A stretch of DNA of 64,000 bases, taken from Pristiophorus japonicus. Its lineage: Eukaryota. Below are positions 62,201 through 64,000 of this stretch, in pieces. Under the pieces are notes generated by a model, which made no database searches, was not told where the DNA came from, and saw nothing but the letters and a program-made list of their open reading frames with translations. How positions within the stretch are numbered: position 1 is the first letter of the stretch; every line of letters starts with the position of its first letter. The position numbers were made by a program, and so were the translations under genes. Where the stretch lies: assembly GCF_044704955.1 (NCBI RefSeq), contig NC_092000.1, positions 11,098,001 to 11,162,000 of the forward strand, in the 5' to 3' direction.

Positions 62201-62962
62201 AGCGTGGGACTGAAGTGCAGCCAGAATTTCAGGAGCAGCCCCTTTAAATATTGGAACAGGGGCTGCAACCTCACACATTCAATAAAAACGTGGAACACGG
62301 ACTCCTCCAGACCGCAGAAATTGCAGGCGGCCTGGGAGCCCGTGAACCGGCTTAAAAATTTATTGCACGGGACTGCTCCGTGCAATACCCTCCAGGCCAA
62401 GTCCCCGATAAATAATGGGAGGACTCCCGCATAGAGTGCACTCCATCGGGGACCCCCGCCTCCTCCGGACGGCAAGATGGCACGCCATGGCGTGTCCGGA
62501 CGGTAGACGAGGATGGCAAGGTTGAGAGTACGCAGGAGCAGCCCGTACAGGAAACCCCTCCGCACAGAACTGAAAGGCACGGAGGGGATTTCCCCGAGGC
62601 GGCTCAAGTTGTGAGGCGCCGGCTCCCGAGGGAGGTTCCAGGGTTTGGCGCCGATGAGGAATTCCGTCCGGACGGGGGTCAGTTCGGACGGGATCTACCC
62701 ACGTGCTTGAGCCTCCTCGACACACCTAACGGAGTCAGGGCCCAGTGCTGTTTTTAGCGACTCGATGGCATCGGCCGCGCGGCGGACGTTGGCCCAGGAT
62801 CAGCGCCATCCAGCCCGCTCCTCCACCCTGGTCACCTTGCCAAACACAGCCCTCTCTCGTCCGTCCGCCACCTAAAACTGCGCTCGTGGCGGTACGGACT
62901 CCTGAGCAGCGGCTCCTGAAGGACAGCCGCCACTCCAGACGGGGGAGAACTGCGCTTGCAAA
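59243..62962 (-). mobile_element. three head-to-tail 5'-truncated Tx1-like LINE copies
   Basis: ORFs 59339-60007, 60627-61361 and 61912-62607 are paralogous ORF2 C-termini with a CxxC..H..C knuckle. Confidence 0.9.
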
Positions 62963-62979
62963 CCTGTGAGCATACTCAC

Positions 62980-63051
62980 AGGTGCATATATTACAACAGT
63001 GAACAGGTACCCATAAGGATGCCAGTTGTAGCTGATACCACACCCACAGAG
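62980..63051 (-). other. candidate non-coding 5'UTR exon of the IgSF gene
   Basis: Unique sequence with donor CCT|gtgagt and possible acceptor cattctttatag. The signal-peptide exon has an acceptor, so an upstream exon is expected. TGTGGT (63087) and CAGGAAG (63111) motifs lie nearby. Confidence 0.35.
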
Positions 63052-63299
63052 CTATAAAGAATGATTCATTCGAAACTATGTAAGGATGTGGTCTGCATTT
63101 ACAGAAGTACCAGGAAGGTCTGATGTAACCATTTACTGTCAAATTATCTTTCCCAACAAGGAGATAAAATAATGTCGTTCTCATTGGTGGTGAGTGGGGT
63201 TACTTTTACACGACTGATCCTGTACTTCTTTCTAACTCAGAGACAATCTGCTTTAGGAGTTGACTGATTATAGATATCCCAGTAATCAATGCACTGAGA

Positions 63300-63772
63300 G
63301 AAAAAGAAAGAAAGGCTTGCATTTATATAGCGCCTTTGACGATAACCGGACGTCCCAAAGCGCTTTACAGCCAATGAAGTACTTTTGGAGTTTAGCCGCT
63401 GTTGTAATGTGGCAAACACGGCAGCCAATTTGCGCACAGCAAGCTCCCACAAACAGAAATGTGATAATGACCAGATAATCTGTTTTTGTCATGTTGATTG
63501 AGGGATAAATATTGGCCGGGACACCGGAGATAACTCCCCTGCTCTTCTTCAAAATAGTGCCATGGGTTCTTTCACATCCACCTGAGAGAGCAGACGGGGC
63601 CTCGGTTTAACGTTTCATCCTAAAGAGGGCACCTCCGACAGTACAGCACTCCCTCAGCACTGCACTGGAGTGTCGGCCTAGATTTATGAGCACAAGTCTC
63701 TGGAGTGGGACTTGGACCCACGACCTTCTGACTCAAAGGTGAGTGTGTTACCCACTGAGCCACGGCTGACAC
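63300..63772 (-). mobile_element. full-length tRNA-derived (Deu-domain type) SINE
   Basis: On minus: A box gtggctcagtgggta, degenerate B box gggtccaagtcc, tail gctatataaatgcaag. The family name is by resemblance only. Confidence 0.82.
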
Positions 63773-64000
63773 TTACACAAAGTTGGTAGCCCACTTCGAA
63801 TTTCTGAAGCCAAGCACAAAGTTAATATCAATTCGTAACAAAGATCGGAGTCACACACCATCCCAGCAGGAACTAGGATCTACACATGAACCTCATCCAG
63901 ACAGAATCTCGGGGTCATTTATTGACTCCATTCCATCAGGACCCTGGTAACGCATTGACCTTATCCCATTGAGATTCAGGGTACACACTGACTGACCCCA

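Overview
Eukaryotic, repeat-dense genomic DNA. The repeat content (CR1 LINEs with (TTTCTATG)n tails, RTE LINEs with (ATG)n tails, tRNA/Deu-type SINEs, Tx1 LINEs, Gypsy LTR elements, GC-rich MITEs) suggests a cartilaginous fish; this is inference, not a database result. Most listed ORFs are transposon debris. Among the repeats I assembled by hand one apparently intact minus-strand gene of 9 coding exons (54545->16211, 1407 nt, 468 aa). All junctions are GT-AG and phase-compatible; one donor (GTTTGT) is weak. It encodes a type-I Ig-superfamily receptor: signal peptide - V - C1 - C2/I - uncharged TM - tail with tyrosine motifs (YMVP, DVYDTL, VVYDTL, AVYENV). Unusual features: both canonical V-domain cysteines are Ser; the C1 domain lacks its B-strand Cys; the YDTL exon was recently duplicated in tandem; a 10 kb Gypsy element sits inside the TM-exon splice donor without breaking it; and an inverted repeat brackets the C1 exon. 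Repeat boundaries are approximate unless a TSD or terminus is cited.
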